64,000 nt of DNA from an uncultured Clostridia bacterium (GTDB lineage Bacteria > Bacillota > Clostridia > TANB77 > CAG-508), in contig CAKPPO010000009.1 of assembly GCA_934177725.1 (NCBI GenBank), positions 6,290 to 70,289 of the forward strand. Direction: 5' to 3'. Under the pieces are notes generated by a model, which did not search any database, was not told where the DNA came from, and saw only the letters and a program-made list of their open reading frames with translations. A program made the translations under genes and the position numbers. Numbering within the stretch: the stretch's first letter is position 1; each line of letters opens with the position of its first letter. Below, piece by piece: positions 17,032-27,480 of this stretch.

Positions 17032-18504
17032 TTATAATTTATTTATGATACTATTTACTATAATTCTTTCATCAAATGGATATTTTACACCATTTATTTC
17101 TTGGTAAGGTTCATGTCCTTTACCTGCTAAAACTATAATGTCCTTTTTATCTGCCATACTAATTGCTTTCTTTATAGCTTCAACTCTATCTACTACTACA
17201 GTATATTTTCCTTTTGTTTTCTTTATTCCTTCTTCAATTTGGCTTACTATCTTTTCAGAATCTTCTGTACGTGGATTGTCTGATGTTATAATTGTAAAAT
17301 CTGCAATTCTTCCTGAGATTTCCCCCATTATTGGTCTTTTGGTTGTATCTCTATCTCCTCCACAGCCAAATACAGATATTACTCTTCCTCTAGTATATGA
17401 TTTAACTGCATTTAGTATGTTTTCCAAACTTTCTGGTGAATGTGCATAATCTATCATTATTGTTAAATCTTTTTTGTTGTTTACAAGTTCTGATCTTCCT
17501 GGAACTCTAACTTCTTCTAATGCTTCTTTTATTTGTTCAGCATTTGCTCCTAATTTTTCTGAAACACAAATTGCTGCTAGTGAATTGTATACACTAAATC
17601 TACCTGGAATGCATGTTTTTATTCTTTCATTTTTCATTCCTATTTTTACTTTAAAGTCTACATATGAATTTGTAATTGTAATATCTTTTGCTAAAACATT
17701 GCAATAATTATCTATTCCATATGTTGTTATATTACATTCTGGCACAAGTTTTGGCAATTTTGCAACATGAAAATCATCTGCGTTTATAAAACCTGTTTTA
17801 CACATTTTAAATAATTGTACTTTTGAACTAAAGTAATCTTCCATATTTGGATGTTCTTTTGGACTAATATGATCTTCTGAAAAGTTTGTAAATACTCCTA
17901 TATCAAAATCACATCCTGCTACTCTGTGTAATTTTAAGCTTTGTGAAGATACTTCCATAACAACTACATCTACATTTTCTTCTACCATTTTAGCAAATAT
18001 AGCTTGCAATTTATTACTCTCTGGTGTTGTTCTATCACTATCTTCTAGTTTTTTATCACCTATATATATAGCTATAGTTCCAATTAAGCCTACTTTTTTT
18101 CCTGCTTTTTCTAGCACTTTTTTAATCATAAATGTTGTTGTTGTTTTTCCTTTGGTTCCTGTAACTCCTATTAATTTGAATTTTCTAGATGGATTTCCAT
18201 AGAAATTACATGAGCATATTGCTAAAGCATATCTTGTATCTTTTGCGATAACAACTGTAATTCCTTCTGGAATTTTTTTAACAAATTCTGCAGTTACTCC
18301 TTCTTCCAATATTACTGCTTTTGCCCCACTATTTATTGCTGTATCTACATATTCATGTCCATCTGTGTCGAAACCTTTTATTGCTACAAATAAGCCATTT
18401 TCTTTTATATTTCTTGAATCTTTATCCAAATTTGTTATTTCTAAATCTAAATCTCCCTTTACTTTTAATCCTTCTATTCCTACTAAAATTTCTTTTAATT
18501 TCAT
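17032..18504 (-). CDS. murE: UDP-N-acetylmuramoyl-L-alanyl-D-glutamate--2,6-diaminopimelate ligase
   Basis: GVTGTKGKTTT P-loop and the DNPR motif (TSDNPRTED), which indicates meso-DAP addition. The start is set at MKLKEIL (ATG 18502-18504), which has an AGGAGG RBS. Confidence 0.93.
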   Translation of the reverse strand: MKLKEILVGIEGLKVKGDLDLEITNLDKDSRNIKENGLFVAIKGFDTDGHEYVDTAINSGAKAVILEEGVTAEFVKKIPEGITVVIAKDTRYALAICSCNFYGNPSRKFKLIGVTGTKGKTTTTFMIKKVLEKAGKKVGLIGTIAIYIGDKKLEDSDRTTPESNKLQAIFAKMVEENVDVVVMEVSSQSLKLHRVAGCDFDIGVFTNFSEDHISPKEHPNMEDYFSSKVQLFKMCKTGFINADDFHVAKLPKLVPECNITTYGIDNYCNVLAKDITITNSYVDFKVKIGMKNERIKTCIPGRFSVYNSLAAICVSEKLGANAEQIKEALEEVRVPGRSELVNNKKDLTIMIDYAHSPESLENILNAVKSYTRGRVISVFGCGGDRDTTKRPIMGEISGRIADFTIITSDNPRTEDSEKIVSQIEEGIKKTKGKYTVVVDRVEAIKKAISMADKKDIIVLAGKGHEPYQEINGVKYPFDERIIVNSIINKL

Positions 18505-18632
18505 AGGATACCTCCTGTTTTTTATGTATTTATAAGTTGGTTTTTTATAATTATTAAAAACCAACATAATTATATAACTAAAGTTCTTATTTGTAAATTA
18601 TATTATTAAAAAAAATAATCATTACTAAAAAG

Positions 18633-18669
18633 AAAAGAAAGTTTTAAGATATTTTTAAAACTTTCTTTT
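18633..18669 (-). terminator. Rho-independent terminator after the GH3 gene
   Basis: Perfect 15-bp stem aaaagaaagttttaa / ttaaaactttctttt, with a T-run in the minus sense. Confidence 0.7.
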
Positions 18670-18706
18670 GCCTTTTTATTAATTTTGATAATATAAATTA
18701 TTAACA

Positions 18707-21082
18707 CTATTTAATATATTCTTTAAAGAATTTGCAATCGTTATACTCTAAATTGTTTTTTGCTATTTCTAATAATTCATTTACCATTTCTTTAGTATAT
18801 TTACTGCTTTTTTTCTCATAAAATTTCTTTAATGGTTTTTGTAAATCCATCATTACTTTCGTAGCTTTATTAACATTTTGTTCCTCTAATAACTGATTCA
18901 TCTTCTTTATTTCATGTTCATAAATAACTTTTCCTACATTTGTGTCTTTTAGTTGCTCTAAAGTATTTTCTTCTGTAATGTTTTCTTTTTTTATGTATCT
19001 ATCTGGAACTTTTCTTCCTAATAATTCTTCAAATTCTTCTAATGTTACGTCTTGTATATTTCCATTTTGATAATGTTTTCCATATTTTTTTGTTATATTT
19101 GTATCTTTTGAATCTACAAATATTTCTTGTTGCAACACAATATTTCTACTTGATTTTCCTATTAAAATATTATATTTTCCTTCTTCTACTGACCATTTAT
19201 TTGTTTCTACATTATAATATGAAAAATCATCACTTGTTAATGATATCTTTATTTTCTTTTCTTCGTTTGGTTTTAGCTCAATTTTTTCAAAGCCTTTTAA
19301 TTCTTTTTTTGCTTTAAAAATATTAGGATTTTGTTCACTAATATACAATTGTGCTATTTCTTTTCCTTCTATATTTCCTATATTTTTTATTTTAAAAAAT
19401 ACCTCAATGTTTTCTTCTAATTTATTAATTTTTAAATCAGAATATTCAAAATTAGTATAACTTAATCCATATCCAAATGGATATAATACATTAGTGTTAT
19501 TTGTATCATAATATCTATATCCTATATAAATTGCTTCTTGATATTCTACACTAGCTTCTGTTCCTGGATAATTTTTAAAACATGGTGTATCTTCTAAACA
19601 ATTTGGATATGTTTCTGTTAATTTTCCACTTGGATTTACTTTTCCTAATAAGCAATTTACTATAGCCTTTCCTCCCGCTTCTCCTCCTAAATATCCTGTA
19701 ATTATTGCTTTAACTTTATCTTTCCATGGCATTGTAATTGGAGAACCGTTTGATAATACAATAACTATATTACTATTTACTTTACTAATTTCTTCAATTA
19801 AATTATTTTGATTTTTTGGCAATTCTAATGTCGTCCTATCCATTCCTTCTGATTCATAATTTTCCGTTAAACCTGCAAAAATGACTACAATATCATTTTC
19901 TTTTGCTATTTTTACTGCCTCTTTTCTATATTCTTCATCTTCTTGTGTTTCTATTCTTCCATACCCTTTAGCATATTCAAATTGTATACTTTCTTGTTTT
20001 AAGCAATCATATGCACTTTCTAATTTATACGGATTAATTGTAGAGCTTCCCGCTCCTTGGTATCTAGGATTTTTAGCCATATCACCTATTAATGCTATTT
20101 TTTGTTTTTTTAGTGGTAGTATTTCTTCTTCATTTTTTAATAATACTACTGCTTCTTCTGCTATACTTAAAGCTATTCTATGATGTTCTTCTCTGTCATA
20201 TTTTTCTATTTTCTTTCTTTTATTAACTTTAAATGTTACATCTAAAATTCTATCTACTATTTCATCTAAGTATTGTTCACTAACTCTATTTTCCTTTACT
20301 GCATTAACTATTTCGTCTACTCCATCTCCTCTGCCTCCTGGCATTTCTAGTTCATTACCTGCTATTAATCCTTCTACCCTATCGTTTTCTGCTCCCCAAT
20401 CTGTAATAACAATTCCATTAAATTTCCATTCTTTTTTTAAAATATCTAACAATTCTTTGTTTTCAGTACAATATCTATCATTTAATTTGTTATAAGCGCT
20501 CATAACAGATAAAGGATTTGCTTGTTTAACAATCATTTCGAACGCTTTTAAGTATATTTCTCTTAGAGTTCTTTCATCTACTACAGCATTAATTGTTCTT
20601 CTTCTGTTTTCTTGATTATTAACAGCAAAGTGTTTTACACATGCTCCCACTCCATTTGCTTGTAATCCTTTTACATACTCTGTTCCCATTATTCCTGTCA
20701 AATAAGGGTCTTCCGAAAAATATTCAAAGTTTCTTCCACACAAAGGACTCCTTTTTATATTAATAGCTGGGCCTAAAACAATATCTACATCTTCATATGT
20801 TGCTTCTTCTCCCAAAGCTTTTCCTAAAGAATATGCCATTTTTTTATTCCAAGTATTAGCTACTGTAGATGATGCTGGAAAACATGTAGATATTTCACTT
20901 TCATTAATTCCTAAATTATCTGCTTCTTTCTTTTGAACTCTTAGACCATGAGGCCCATCTGACATTGTTATATTGGGAATTTCTAATCTTTCTATATTTT
21001 GACTATGCCAATAATCTTTTCCTACACATAAACTTGCTTTTTCTTCTAAAGTCATTTTATTTATTATCTTTTCATATTTCAT
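18707..21082 (-). CDS. Glycoside hydrolase family 3 beta-glucosidase (BglX-like) with a C-terminal Fn3-like domain
   Basis: KHFAVNNQE, the nucleophile motif VITDWGA, and GH3 C-terminal and Fn3-like regions. Confidence 0.9.
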   Translation of the reverse strand: MKYEKIINKMTLEEKASLCVGKDYWHSQNIERLEIPNITMSDGPHGLRVQKKEADNLGINESEISTCFPASSTVANTWNKKMAYSLGKALGEEATYEDVDIVLGPAINIKRSPLCGRNFEYFSEDPYLTGIMGTEYVKGLQANGVGACVKHFAVNNQENRRRTINAVVDERTLREIYLKAFEMIVKQANPLSVMSAYNKLNDRYCTENKELLDILKKEWKFNGIVITDWGAENDRVEGLIAGNELEMPGGRGDGVDEIVNAVKENRVSEQYLDEIVDRILDVTFKVNKRKKIEKYDREEHHRIALSIAEEAVVLLKNEEEILPLKKQKIALIGDMAKNPRYQGAGSSTINPYKLESAYDCLKQESIQFEYAKGYGRIETQEDEEYRKEAVKIAKENDIVVIFAGLTENYESEGMDRTTLELPKNQNNLIEEISKVNSNIVIVLSNGSPITMPWKDKVKAIITGYLGGEAGGKAIVNCLLGKVNPSGKLTETYPNCLEDTPCFKNYPGTEASVEYQEAIYIGYRYYDTNNTNVLYPFGYGLSYTNFEYSDLKINKLEENIEVFFKIKNIGNIEGKEIAQLYISEQNPNIFKAKKELKGFEKIELKPNEEKKIKISLTSDDFSYYNVETNKWSVEEGKYNILIGKSSRNIVLQQEIFVDSKDTNITKKYGKHYQNGNIQDVTLEEFEELLGRKVPDRYIKKENITEENTLEQLKDTNVGKVIYEHEIKKMNQLLEEQNVNKATKVMMDLQKPLKKFYEKKSSKYTKEMVNELLEIAKNNLEYNDCKFFKEYIK

Positions 21083-21263
21083 ATTTCTACCTTCTTTTAC
21101 TATTTGCTATGTTTAATATATATCATAAGCTAAATTAAATTACAATAAAAAATTATTGCATTTTTTATATCTTTATTGTATAATGCTAAACATAATATGT
21201 ATGGTATCGTAATATGTTGATTTTTTACTAATTAGTTAATTTCATCGTAAGGAGGGAAAATCT

Positions 21264-22127
21264 ATGCTATTTAGTGTTATCATCCCAGCATATAATGCTG
21301 AGTCTACTATTCGGAAAACTTTAAATAGTGTGTTAAATCAAACTTTTAAAGATTTTGAAGTAGTAGTCATTGACGATGGTTCTACAGACGGCACTTCTAC
21401 AATTTTGAAAGAATATGCAAGCAAAGATAGTAGAGTACATGTATATACTTTTAAAAATGCTGGTGTTTCTGTTTCTCGTCAACGTGGTATTAATAATTCA
21501 AATGGTCAATTCATTGTCTTTGTTGATTCAGATGATACTATTGAACCAGAATTATTATCGAATCTCTATAGTGCGATTAAATCTTACCCAACTACTGATT
21601 TGATTCGTTATCAGTCTCGCATTATTGCAGATAGTCCCAAGAAGGATCATGGAAGATATAATTATTATGAGCCTTCCAAATCTTCTATCTCTGGCATAGA
21701 CGCCATAAGAACATGGTCTATACCTGGTAAAAAGTATGCTGTCTATTGGTTATTTGCTTTTAGCAGAACTTTATTCTTAAAAAACTCTTTTCCAGAGGAT
21801 TTGAGATGTTATGAAGATGTTGCTTTAATTCCTATTTTAATAGGAACTGCTAGTTTAGTAACAACTATTAACTATGTTGGGTATAATTATACCTATAATA
21901 ATTCTTTTAGTTTAACTCATGCTAATGACTTAGCAACCCAGAAATCACGGGTATTAGATTTCTACAAATCCTTTGAATATGCTGTGTCTCACTTTAAGAA
22001 TTTGCCTAATGTAACTCCACATGATATCGATTTTTTTGAGAAAGATTATCAGAGGCGATTGAATGGTAAATTTAATTCTTTAAGTGATGAATTAAAGAAA
22101 GAATTTTCTAGTATTTATGGCAAGTAA
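21264..22127 (+). CDS. Glycosyltransferase family 2
   Basis: FSVIIPAYNAESTI...VVVIDDGSTDGT and a DSDD motif. Confidence 0.88.
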   Translation: MLFSVIIPAYNAESTIRKTLNSVLNQTFKDFEVVVIDDGSTDGTSTILKEYASKDSRVHVYTFKNAGVSVSRQRGINNSNGQFIVFVDSDDTIEPELLSNLYSAIKSYPTTDLIRYQSRIIADSPKKDHGRYNYYEPSKSSISGIDAIRTWSIPGKKYAVYWLFAFSRTLFLKNSFPEDLRCYEDVALIPILIGTASLVTTINYVGYNYTYNNSFSLTHANDLATQKSRVLDFYKSFEYAVSHFKNLPNVTPHDIDFFEKDYQRRLNGKFNSLSDELKKEFSSIYGK

Positions 22128-22131
22128 AAAT

Positions 22132-22165
22132 AAAAGGTACTTCATTTAATTTTGAAGTACCTTTT
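22132..22165. terminator. Bidirectional terminator between the convergent GT2 and DUF402 genes
   Basis: 13-bp stem aaaaggtacttca / tgaagtacctttt. Confidence 0.7.
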
Positions 22166-22700
22166 ATTTTTCTAATAACTCTAAATATTTATATGAAAAG
22201 TTCTTTAATTTTTCTAAATTTGCTTTTGCAAACTCTATAATTTTATTTGCTTTTTCATATGCTAATTCATAATCTTTTTTACTTATTATCTTTTGTTTGT
22301 ATGCTTGTTCTAGCTCATCTTCGTCTAATAAATGTATTCTTCCATCATGTACAATAACAACATCTAAATATAAATCATCTTCATATGGTATGCCATCTTG
22401 TACTCCTAAATTTCTTGCAATGTCTATATACCATTCTACTATTTCTTTGTTATTATTAAAAATTGCTGTAATGCAACAGTTTCTATTTTCAGGATATATT
22501 TCTAACCAATAATATCCTTTTGCTAATATACATCTTTCTTCTGGGTCTACACGCCATTCTTCTTTTACTTCTTCTATTTGAAGCAATGATATATTTCCTA
22601 CAAATTCTTTATTATTAATATACATATTTTTGCATTTACTTTTTAGAATACTAGTGTTTGCTCTTCCATCTGCAAATCTTCTTTTCAGTTTTTGTTCCAT
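22164..22700 (-). CDS. DUF402 (FomD/Ntdp-like nucleoside phosphatase) family protein
   Basis: WYIDIA......YEDDLYLDVVIVHDGRIHLLDEDELE matches the DUF402 core pattern. Confidence 0.7.
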   Translation of the reverse strand: MEQKLKRRFADGRANTSILKSKCKNMYINNKEFVGNISLLQIEEVKEEWRVDPEERCILAKGYYWLEIYPENRNCCITAIFNNNKEIVEWYIDIARNLGVQDGIPYEDDLYLDVVIVHDGRIHLLDEDELEQAYKQKIISKKDYELAYEKANKIIEFAKANLEKLKNFSYKYLELLEK

Positions 22701-22829
22701 CTTTATTCACCATTTTAATATTACTATATTAATTGCAAAAAGTCTAGAGTGCCTTATTTCTAATTATGCTTTACAAATTTTTATTTCTTATAAAATCTCC
22801 TTCAAATTCTTCTGCTAAGATGTAAATAT

Positions 22830-24983
22830 TTAATTTGTCAACTCTACGTAAATGTTTGCTTCTTCTTTAACTTTCACTCCTGCTTTTGGTGTTTGTTCTT
22901 TTATTATAGTATTTTCTTTGTCTATCCCTTCTTGTTCATTATTTATAACTAATTTCAAATTATTTTCTTTTAGTATACTTTCCGCTTCCTTTATACTTTT
23001 TCCTTCTATATTAGGCACTTGGACGTCATTTTTTACTTGTTCTTCTTCCTCGTTATCTTTTACTACTTCTAAATATGGTAATACCTCCCCAAATATTTGT
23101 GAACCTATTGGTGCTGCAACTCCACCTCCTTGGTGACCTCCTTCTCCTGTTGGATTATACAAAGTTATTAACACAGCTACACTTGGATCTGATATTGGTG
23201 CCACGCCTATGAATGATGTTACATATTTTCCTGTGTTTACGCCATCTTCTGAAGTTCCCGTTTTTCCACCTATTCTATAGCCTTTAACTTGAGAGTTTCT
23301 ACCTGTTCCATCTGCTACAACAGATTCCATCATACTTAATACATTTTTTGCTGTTTCTTCTGAAATTACTCTATCCTTTTTTATTACTTCTACTTCTTTT
23401 CTTTCCCCTGTTTTTCCATCTATAGTTGCTTTTACTACTCTTGGCTGTATATATGTTCCACCATTTGCAATAGTTGACACCATTGTTACCATTTGAATAG
23501 GGGTTACTTCAAAACGTTGCCCAAAAGCTATTGTTCCAAGCTCTACTGGTCCAACTTTTTCTTCTTTTAAAAATATACTTCCTGCTTCTCCTGGTAAATC
23601 TATTCCTGTTTTTCTTAAAAATCCAAACTTTTCTAAATAACTATAATATGTGTGCACTCCTAATTTTTGTCCTAACCCTATAAATACTGGGTTACATGAA
23701 TTCATTAATGCCTGTCTTAAACTTTCACTTCCATGTGGTCTATAATATCTCCAACATTTCATTCTTACTCCCGCAATTTCAATTCCTCCTGTACAGCAAA
23801 ATTCCCCTGCCTTATCTACTTCTGCTATTTTTTCTTCTAAAGATGCTGATGCTGTTACTAATTTGAAAGTTGAACCCGGTTCATAAGTATCTGAAACAGC
23901 TTTGTTCCTCCACATTGCTTGCATATTTTTGGTTTTATCTTCTTGTGAAAGAGTATCCCATACACTTTTTAATTCATCTGTATTCGGAGAATATGGCTCA
24001 TTCAAATTGTAATTTGGATACCCTGCCAAAGCCAATACATCCCCATTTTTTGGATTCATTACTATTATGTTTCCACCATCTGTGCACTTATTGTCTATAC
24101 ACGCTTCTTTTAAATATTTTTCTGCAATTCCTTGTATTGTACTATCTATAGTTAATACCAAGTCATCTCCATTTACAGCTTTTATATAATCTTCTGAAGT
24201 GTCATCAATATCTCCACCTTTTGCATCTCTTAGCTTTGTAATTTTTCCTGTACTACCTTTTAAAGTTTTATCATATAAAGCCTCTATTCCATCTAGCCCT
24301 TGATTGTCACTACCACAAAATCCTATAATTTGAGATGCTAAATTGTTAAATGGATAATATCTTTTTGTGTCCTCATCAATATTAATCCCTGTTGTAATAT
24401 TATTATTTTGCATCCATACTCTTAATTCATCAGCTTTTTCTTTGTCTACCTTCTTAATTATTGTTTCTATAGAACTTCTTTTACTTACTTTTTTTAAAAC
24501 CTTTTCATAATCTAATGAGAATATATTTGATAGTGCAGTTGCTATTTTTTCTCTATCTTCTTTTTTTATAGTAGTTGGTGTAACTGTTATTGTTTCTACT
24601 GTTGAGCTAACTGCTAAAATGGTCTTTCCAGTTGCATCATAAATAGTCCCTCTTTTAGGGTTAATATTTCTGTCTAGTGTTTGTTGCATATATGCCATAG
24701 ATTGCAATTCTTCTCCTTGTACAAATTGAATGAATCCAATTCTTACTACTAATAAGGCAAGTAGTAATATGGCAATTATCATTTCTCGTTTCATTCTTTT
24801 CTTTTTGGCTAATGTGCCTATTGGTTCTGAATTTCTTTTATTCTTTTTATTTAATTTCTTAAAATTTATTGGCTTTCTATTTTTTAACTTTTTTATCTCT
24901 TTATCATTTACTTGTCTTTTAATTTCTTTTTCAATTTTTACTTTTAACTTTTGCTTTGGTGTTTTCTTTTTTCTCTCCTTCAA
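22830..24983 (-). CDS. Class B penicillin-binding protein (FtsI/SpoVD/PBP2B-like) with a C-terminal PASTA domain
   Basis: SxxK (GSTFKLV), SxN (NSCNP) and KTGT (GKTGTS) motifs. It lies downstream of ftsL in the mra cluster. Confidence 0.93.
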   Translation of the reverse strand: MKERKKKTPKQKLKVKIEKEIKRQVNDKEIKKLKNRKPINFKKLNKKNKRNSEPIGTLAKKKRMKREMIIAILLLALLVVRIGFIQFVQGEELQSMAYMQQTLDRNINPKRGTIYDATGKTILAVSSTVETITVTPTTIKKEDREKIATALSNIFSLDYEKVLKKVSKRSSIETIIKKVDKEKADELRVWMQNNNITTGINIDEDTKRYYPFNNLASQIIGFCGSDNQGLDGIEALYDKTLKGSTGKITKLRDAKGGDIDDTSEDYIKAVNGDDLVLTIDSTIQGIAEKYLKEACIDNKCTDGGNIIVMNPKNGDVLALAGYPNYNLNEPYSPNTDELKSVWDTLSQEDKTKNMQAMWRNKAVSDTYEPGSTFKLVTASASLEEKIAEVDKAGEFCCTGGIEIAGVRMKCWRYYRPHGSESLRQALMNSCNPVFIGLGQKLGVHTYYSYLEKFGFLRKTGIDLPGEAGSIFLKEEKVGPVELGTIAFGQRFEVTPIQMVTMVSTIANGGTYIQPRVVKATIDGKTGERKEVEVIKKDRVISEETAKNVLSMMESVVADGTGRNSQVKGYRIGGKTGTSEDGVNTGKYVTSFIGVAPISDPSVAVLITLYNPTGEGGHQGGGVAAPIGSQIFGEVLPYLEVVKDNEEEEQVKNDVQVPNIEGKSIKEAESILKENNLKLVINNEQEGIDKENTIIKEQTPKAGVKVKEEANIYVELTN

Positions 24984-25116
24984 CCTTATCCCTCACATTC
25001 TTAAGTTTATATTATCTCTTATATTAAGAATATGATAAAAGAATGATTCTCATGACCTGTTTTTGGGGACGGAGCAAAAAAATAGAAGTAAAATTTTATA
25101 TTTTTACCTCTATTTT

Positions 25117-25632
25117 TTATTTAAATAAATTTGTTATTGTATTTATAATATTTTGGAAAAAGTTTGTATCTTCCTCTATTATTACTTCTTCTTTTGCAGA
25201 TTCTATATAGTCTTTCTTTGGTAAGCTTACATATACTTTTTGACTATTTGATAGCTTTTGCATTCCTAGTTTTTCTTTTGCTGATTGCTCTACATTATTT
25301 AGATTTAATGTTTTTTCTATATTAACTTTTAATTGTTCGTTTTCTTTTTCAATAGCACTTACTTCTTTTTTCAACTTTTCTTTTTTGTTAAAGCTTTCTG
25401 TTATAAGTGAGTTTTGGTAGCCCATAGCAAATAAAATTGTAAAGGCAACAGCAATATATAAAACTAATTTTGCCTTTGGTTTCATTTTTTTCTTTGGAGC
25501 ATTTTTTTCTACCTTCATACTTTTAGTTGAAGATTTTTTTTGTTTATATGGGTTCTTTTTAGGTTCGTACTCAGGTTGTAATTTTCTAGGGCTAGTTTCA
25601 TATTGGTACCCTTGATATTTAGGATATGCCAT
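25117..25632 (-). CDS. ftsL: FtsL-like cell division protein
   Basis: Basic N-terminus, a single TM segment (LVLYIAVAFTILFAMGY) and a coiled coil. It occupies the conserved slot between rsmH and the PBP gene. Confidence 0.6.
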   Translation of the reverse strand: MAYPKYQGYQYETSPRKLQPEYEPKKNPYKQKKSSTKSMKVEKNAPKKKMKPKAKLVLYIAVAFTILFAMGYQNSLITESFNKKEKLKKEVSAIEKENEQLKVNIEKTLNLNNVEQSAKEKLGMQKLSNSQKVYVSLPKKDYIESAKEEVIIEEDTNFFQNIINTITNLFK

Positions 25633-25668
25633 TTGCTTTAACTCACCTCTTTCCTTCGTATATTTTTT

Positions 25669-26601
25669 CTATTGTGCTTTTTCAAAAATTCTTAATTTTG
25701 CACTTTTAGATCTTGAGTTTTCTTCTTGTTCTTCTTTTGATGCTACTATTGGTTTTTTATTTATTATTTTTCCTTCTGAATGATATCCACACACGCAATA
25801 TGGTAAATCTTTTGGGCATGTGCATTTACCTTCTGCATCTAAATATGCTTGCTTAACTGCTCTATCTTCTAAGGAATGGAATGTAATTACACATAGCCTA
25901 CCTTCTGGCTTTAAGCATTCTATACAATTTCTTATAGTTTCTTTTAGTGGTTCTATTTCATTATTTACTTCTATTCTGATAGCTTGAAATGTTCTTTTTG
26001 CTGGATGTCCATCCTTTTGTTTTGAGATAGGTATTGATTTTTTTATAATATCTACTAATTGCATAGTTGTTTCGATTGGTGAAATTTGCCTTTCTTTTAC
26101 AATGTTTCTTGCGATATTTTTTGCAAATCTTTCTTCACCATATTCTTCTATAATTTTGCTAAGTTTTTCTTCTGTATAATTGTTTACAACATCTTTTGCT
26201 GTTAGTTCTTGGGTTTTATCCATTCTCATATCTAATGTAGCTTCTCCCATATAGCTAAATCCTCTTGCTCTTTCATCTAATTGGTATGAAGATACTCCCA
26301 AGTCTAATAATATTCCGTCTACTTTATCTATTTGTATGCTTTTTAGTAATTCTTTTATATCATCATGGTTTCCATGTAAATATACTACATTCTGATATTC
26401 TCTAAGTCTTTCTTTTGCTGCTTTAAGTGCCTCTTCATCTCTGTCTATTCCTATTAGTTTTCCTTTAGAAGATAGGCTTTTCAATATTTCACTGCTATGA
26501 CCTGCTCCCCCTAAAGTTCCATCTACATATATTCCATTTTCTTTTATATTTAATCCTTCAATACATTCTTGTAGTAATACACTTTTATGTTTAAATTCCA
26601 C
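25669..26601 (-). CDS. rsmH: 16S rRNA (cytosine1402-N4)-methyltransferase
   Basis: [25 protein letters not shown]; GTG start with an AGGAG RBS. Confidence 0.96.
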   Translation of the reverse strand: MEFKHKSVLLQECIEGLNIKENGIYVDGTLGGAGHSSEILKSLSSKGKLIGIDRDEEALKAAKERLREYQNVVYLHGNHDDIKELLKSIQIDKVDGILLDLGVSSYQLDERARGFSYMGEATLDMRMDKTQELTAKDVVNNYTEEKLSKIIEEYGEERFAKNIARNIVKERQISPIETTMQLVDIIKKSIPISKQKDGHPAKRTFQAIRIEVNNEIEPLKETIRNCIECLKPEGRLCVITFHSLEDRAVKQAYLDAEGKCTCPKDLPYCVCGYHSEGKIINKKPIVASKEEQEENSRSKSAKLRIFEKAQ

Positions 26602-26693
26602 TTTTAAACTCCTATATCTACTATTCTTAAATTAGCATCAATAGTTGGTATTTAAAAAATACCAACTATTTTAATGCTACTTTTCTAATTTTT

Positions 26694-26900
26694 CTTTAGT
26701 GAGCTGTCATCTTTTCATTTGTAAATTTATATTTTTACTTTTGTGAGCACTGTTATTTTTTCTTTTGAAGTTTAAAATGTTGTTCTTTAGTTATTTTAAA
26801 CTTTTTCTTTTGTTTTAAAATTTTATCTTTTGTGTATTAGTTTTTTTCTTTTGTAAAAATTAAAATTTTTATCTTTTGTACATTAAAATTTTTTCTTTAG
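26694..26900 (-). repeat. About 10 degenerate phased repeats (minus sense ACAAAAGA/ACTAAAGA followed by an A-rich tract), period about 17-27 nt
   Basis: The plus-strand motif CTTTTG/CTTTAG starts at 26694, 26711, 26738, 26762, 26785, 26807, 26827, 26848, 26873 and 26895. There is no ORF here. Confidence 0.6.
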
Positions 26901-26923
26901 TATTTATATAAACTTTTAAAAAG

Positions 26924-27355
26924 TTATATACCAAGCATTGTCATATTTTCTGCAATTTCATCTGCTGAAATATTTTCATCACTAGTATAATTTTTCCATT
27001 TGTCTCTATTCCAAATTTCAAGTCTTGTTCCTACACCAATAATTACAACATCTTTTTCCATGTTTGCATATTCTCTTAGGTTACTTGCAATTAAGAATCT
27101 TCCTTGTTTATCTATTTCACATTCTATTGCGCCAGATAAGAAAAATCTTACGAAATCTCTGGCATTTTTATTGGTAAGTGGTAGTGTTTTTAGTTTTTCT
27201 TCAAAGTTTGACCATTCTGTTTGTGAAAACCCAAATAAGCATCCATCTAACCCTTTGGTTATGATGAATTTTTCTCCCATGTCCTCTCTTAACTTAGCTG
27301 GCATTATCAATCTGCCTTTAACATCTAGAGAATGCTCGTATTCACCGATCAACAC
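26924..27355 (-). CDS. mraZ: Transcriptional regulator MraZ
   Basis: (M)[23 protein letters not shown] and a second SpoVT/AbrB-like repeat [17 protein letters not shown] start with a GGGAGGTG RBS. Confidence 0.95.
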   Translation of the reverse strand: MLIGEYEHSLDVKGRLIMPAKLREDMGEKFIITKGLDGCLFGFSQTEWSNFEEKLKTLPLTNKNARDFVRFFLSGAIECEIDKQGRFLIASNLREYANMEKDVVIIGVGTRLEIWNRDKWKNYTSDENISADEIAENMTMLGI

Positions 27356-27381
27356 TTTGAATCACCTCCCGTGCATTTCAT

Positions 27382-27409
27382 TCCACTTTGCTCCACTTTG
27401 CTCCACTTT
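27382..27409 (-). promoter_or_regulatory. Putative MraZ operator: three direct AAAGTGGA boxes with a 10-nt period
   Basis: Minus sense AAAGTGGAGCAAAGTGGAGCAAAGTGGAATG, about 25-55 nt upstream of the mraZ start. Confidence 0.6.
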
Positions 27410-27480
27410 TACTAAATTTTAATATAAGAATAATAAAAAAGCAATACTTTTTTAAAAAATTTTTAAAAAGTATTGCTTTT

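Noticed and set aside
17032-18567. N-terminal extensions in the ORF track for murE, ftsH, tsaC, the yabE-like gene, xth, fic, dinJ, the ABC permease and the last ORF
   Set aside because: In each case an internal ATG or TTG sits 5-10 nt after a strong GGAGG-type RBS. For the yabE-like gene it also lies downstream of a consensus promoter that falls inside the extension. The shorter coordinates were used.
26602-26923. Possible CRISPR array in the mraZ-rsmH spacer
   Set aside because: The repeats are only about 8 nt, degenerate and spaced about 22 nt apart. There are no cas genes, no leader and no unique spacers of the expected size.
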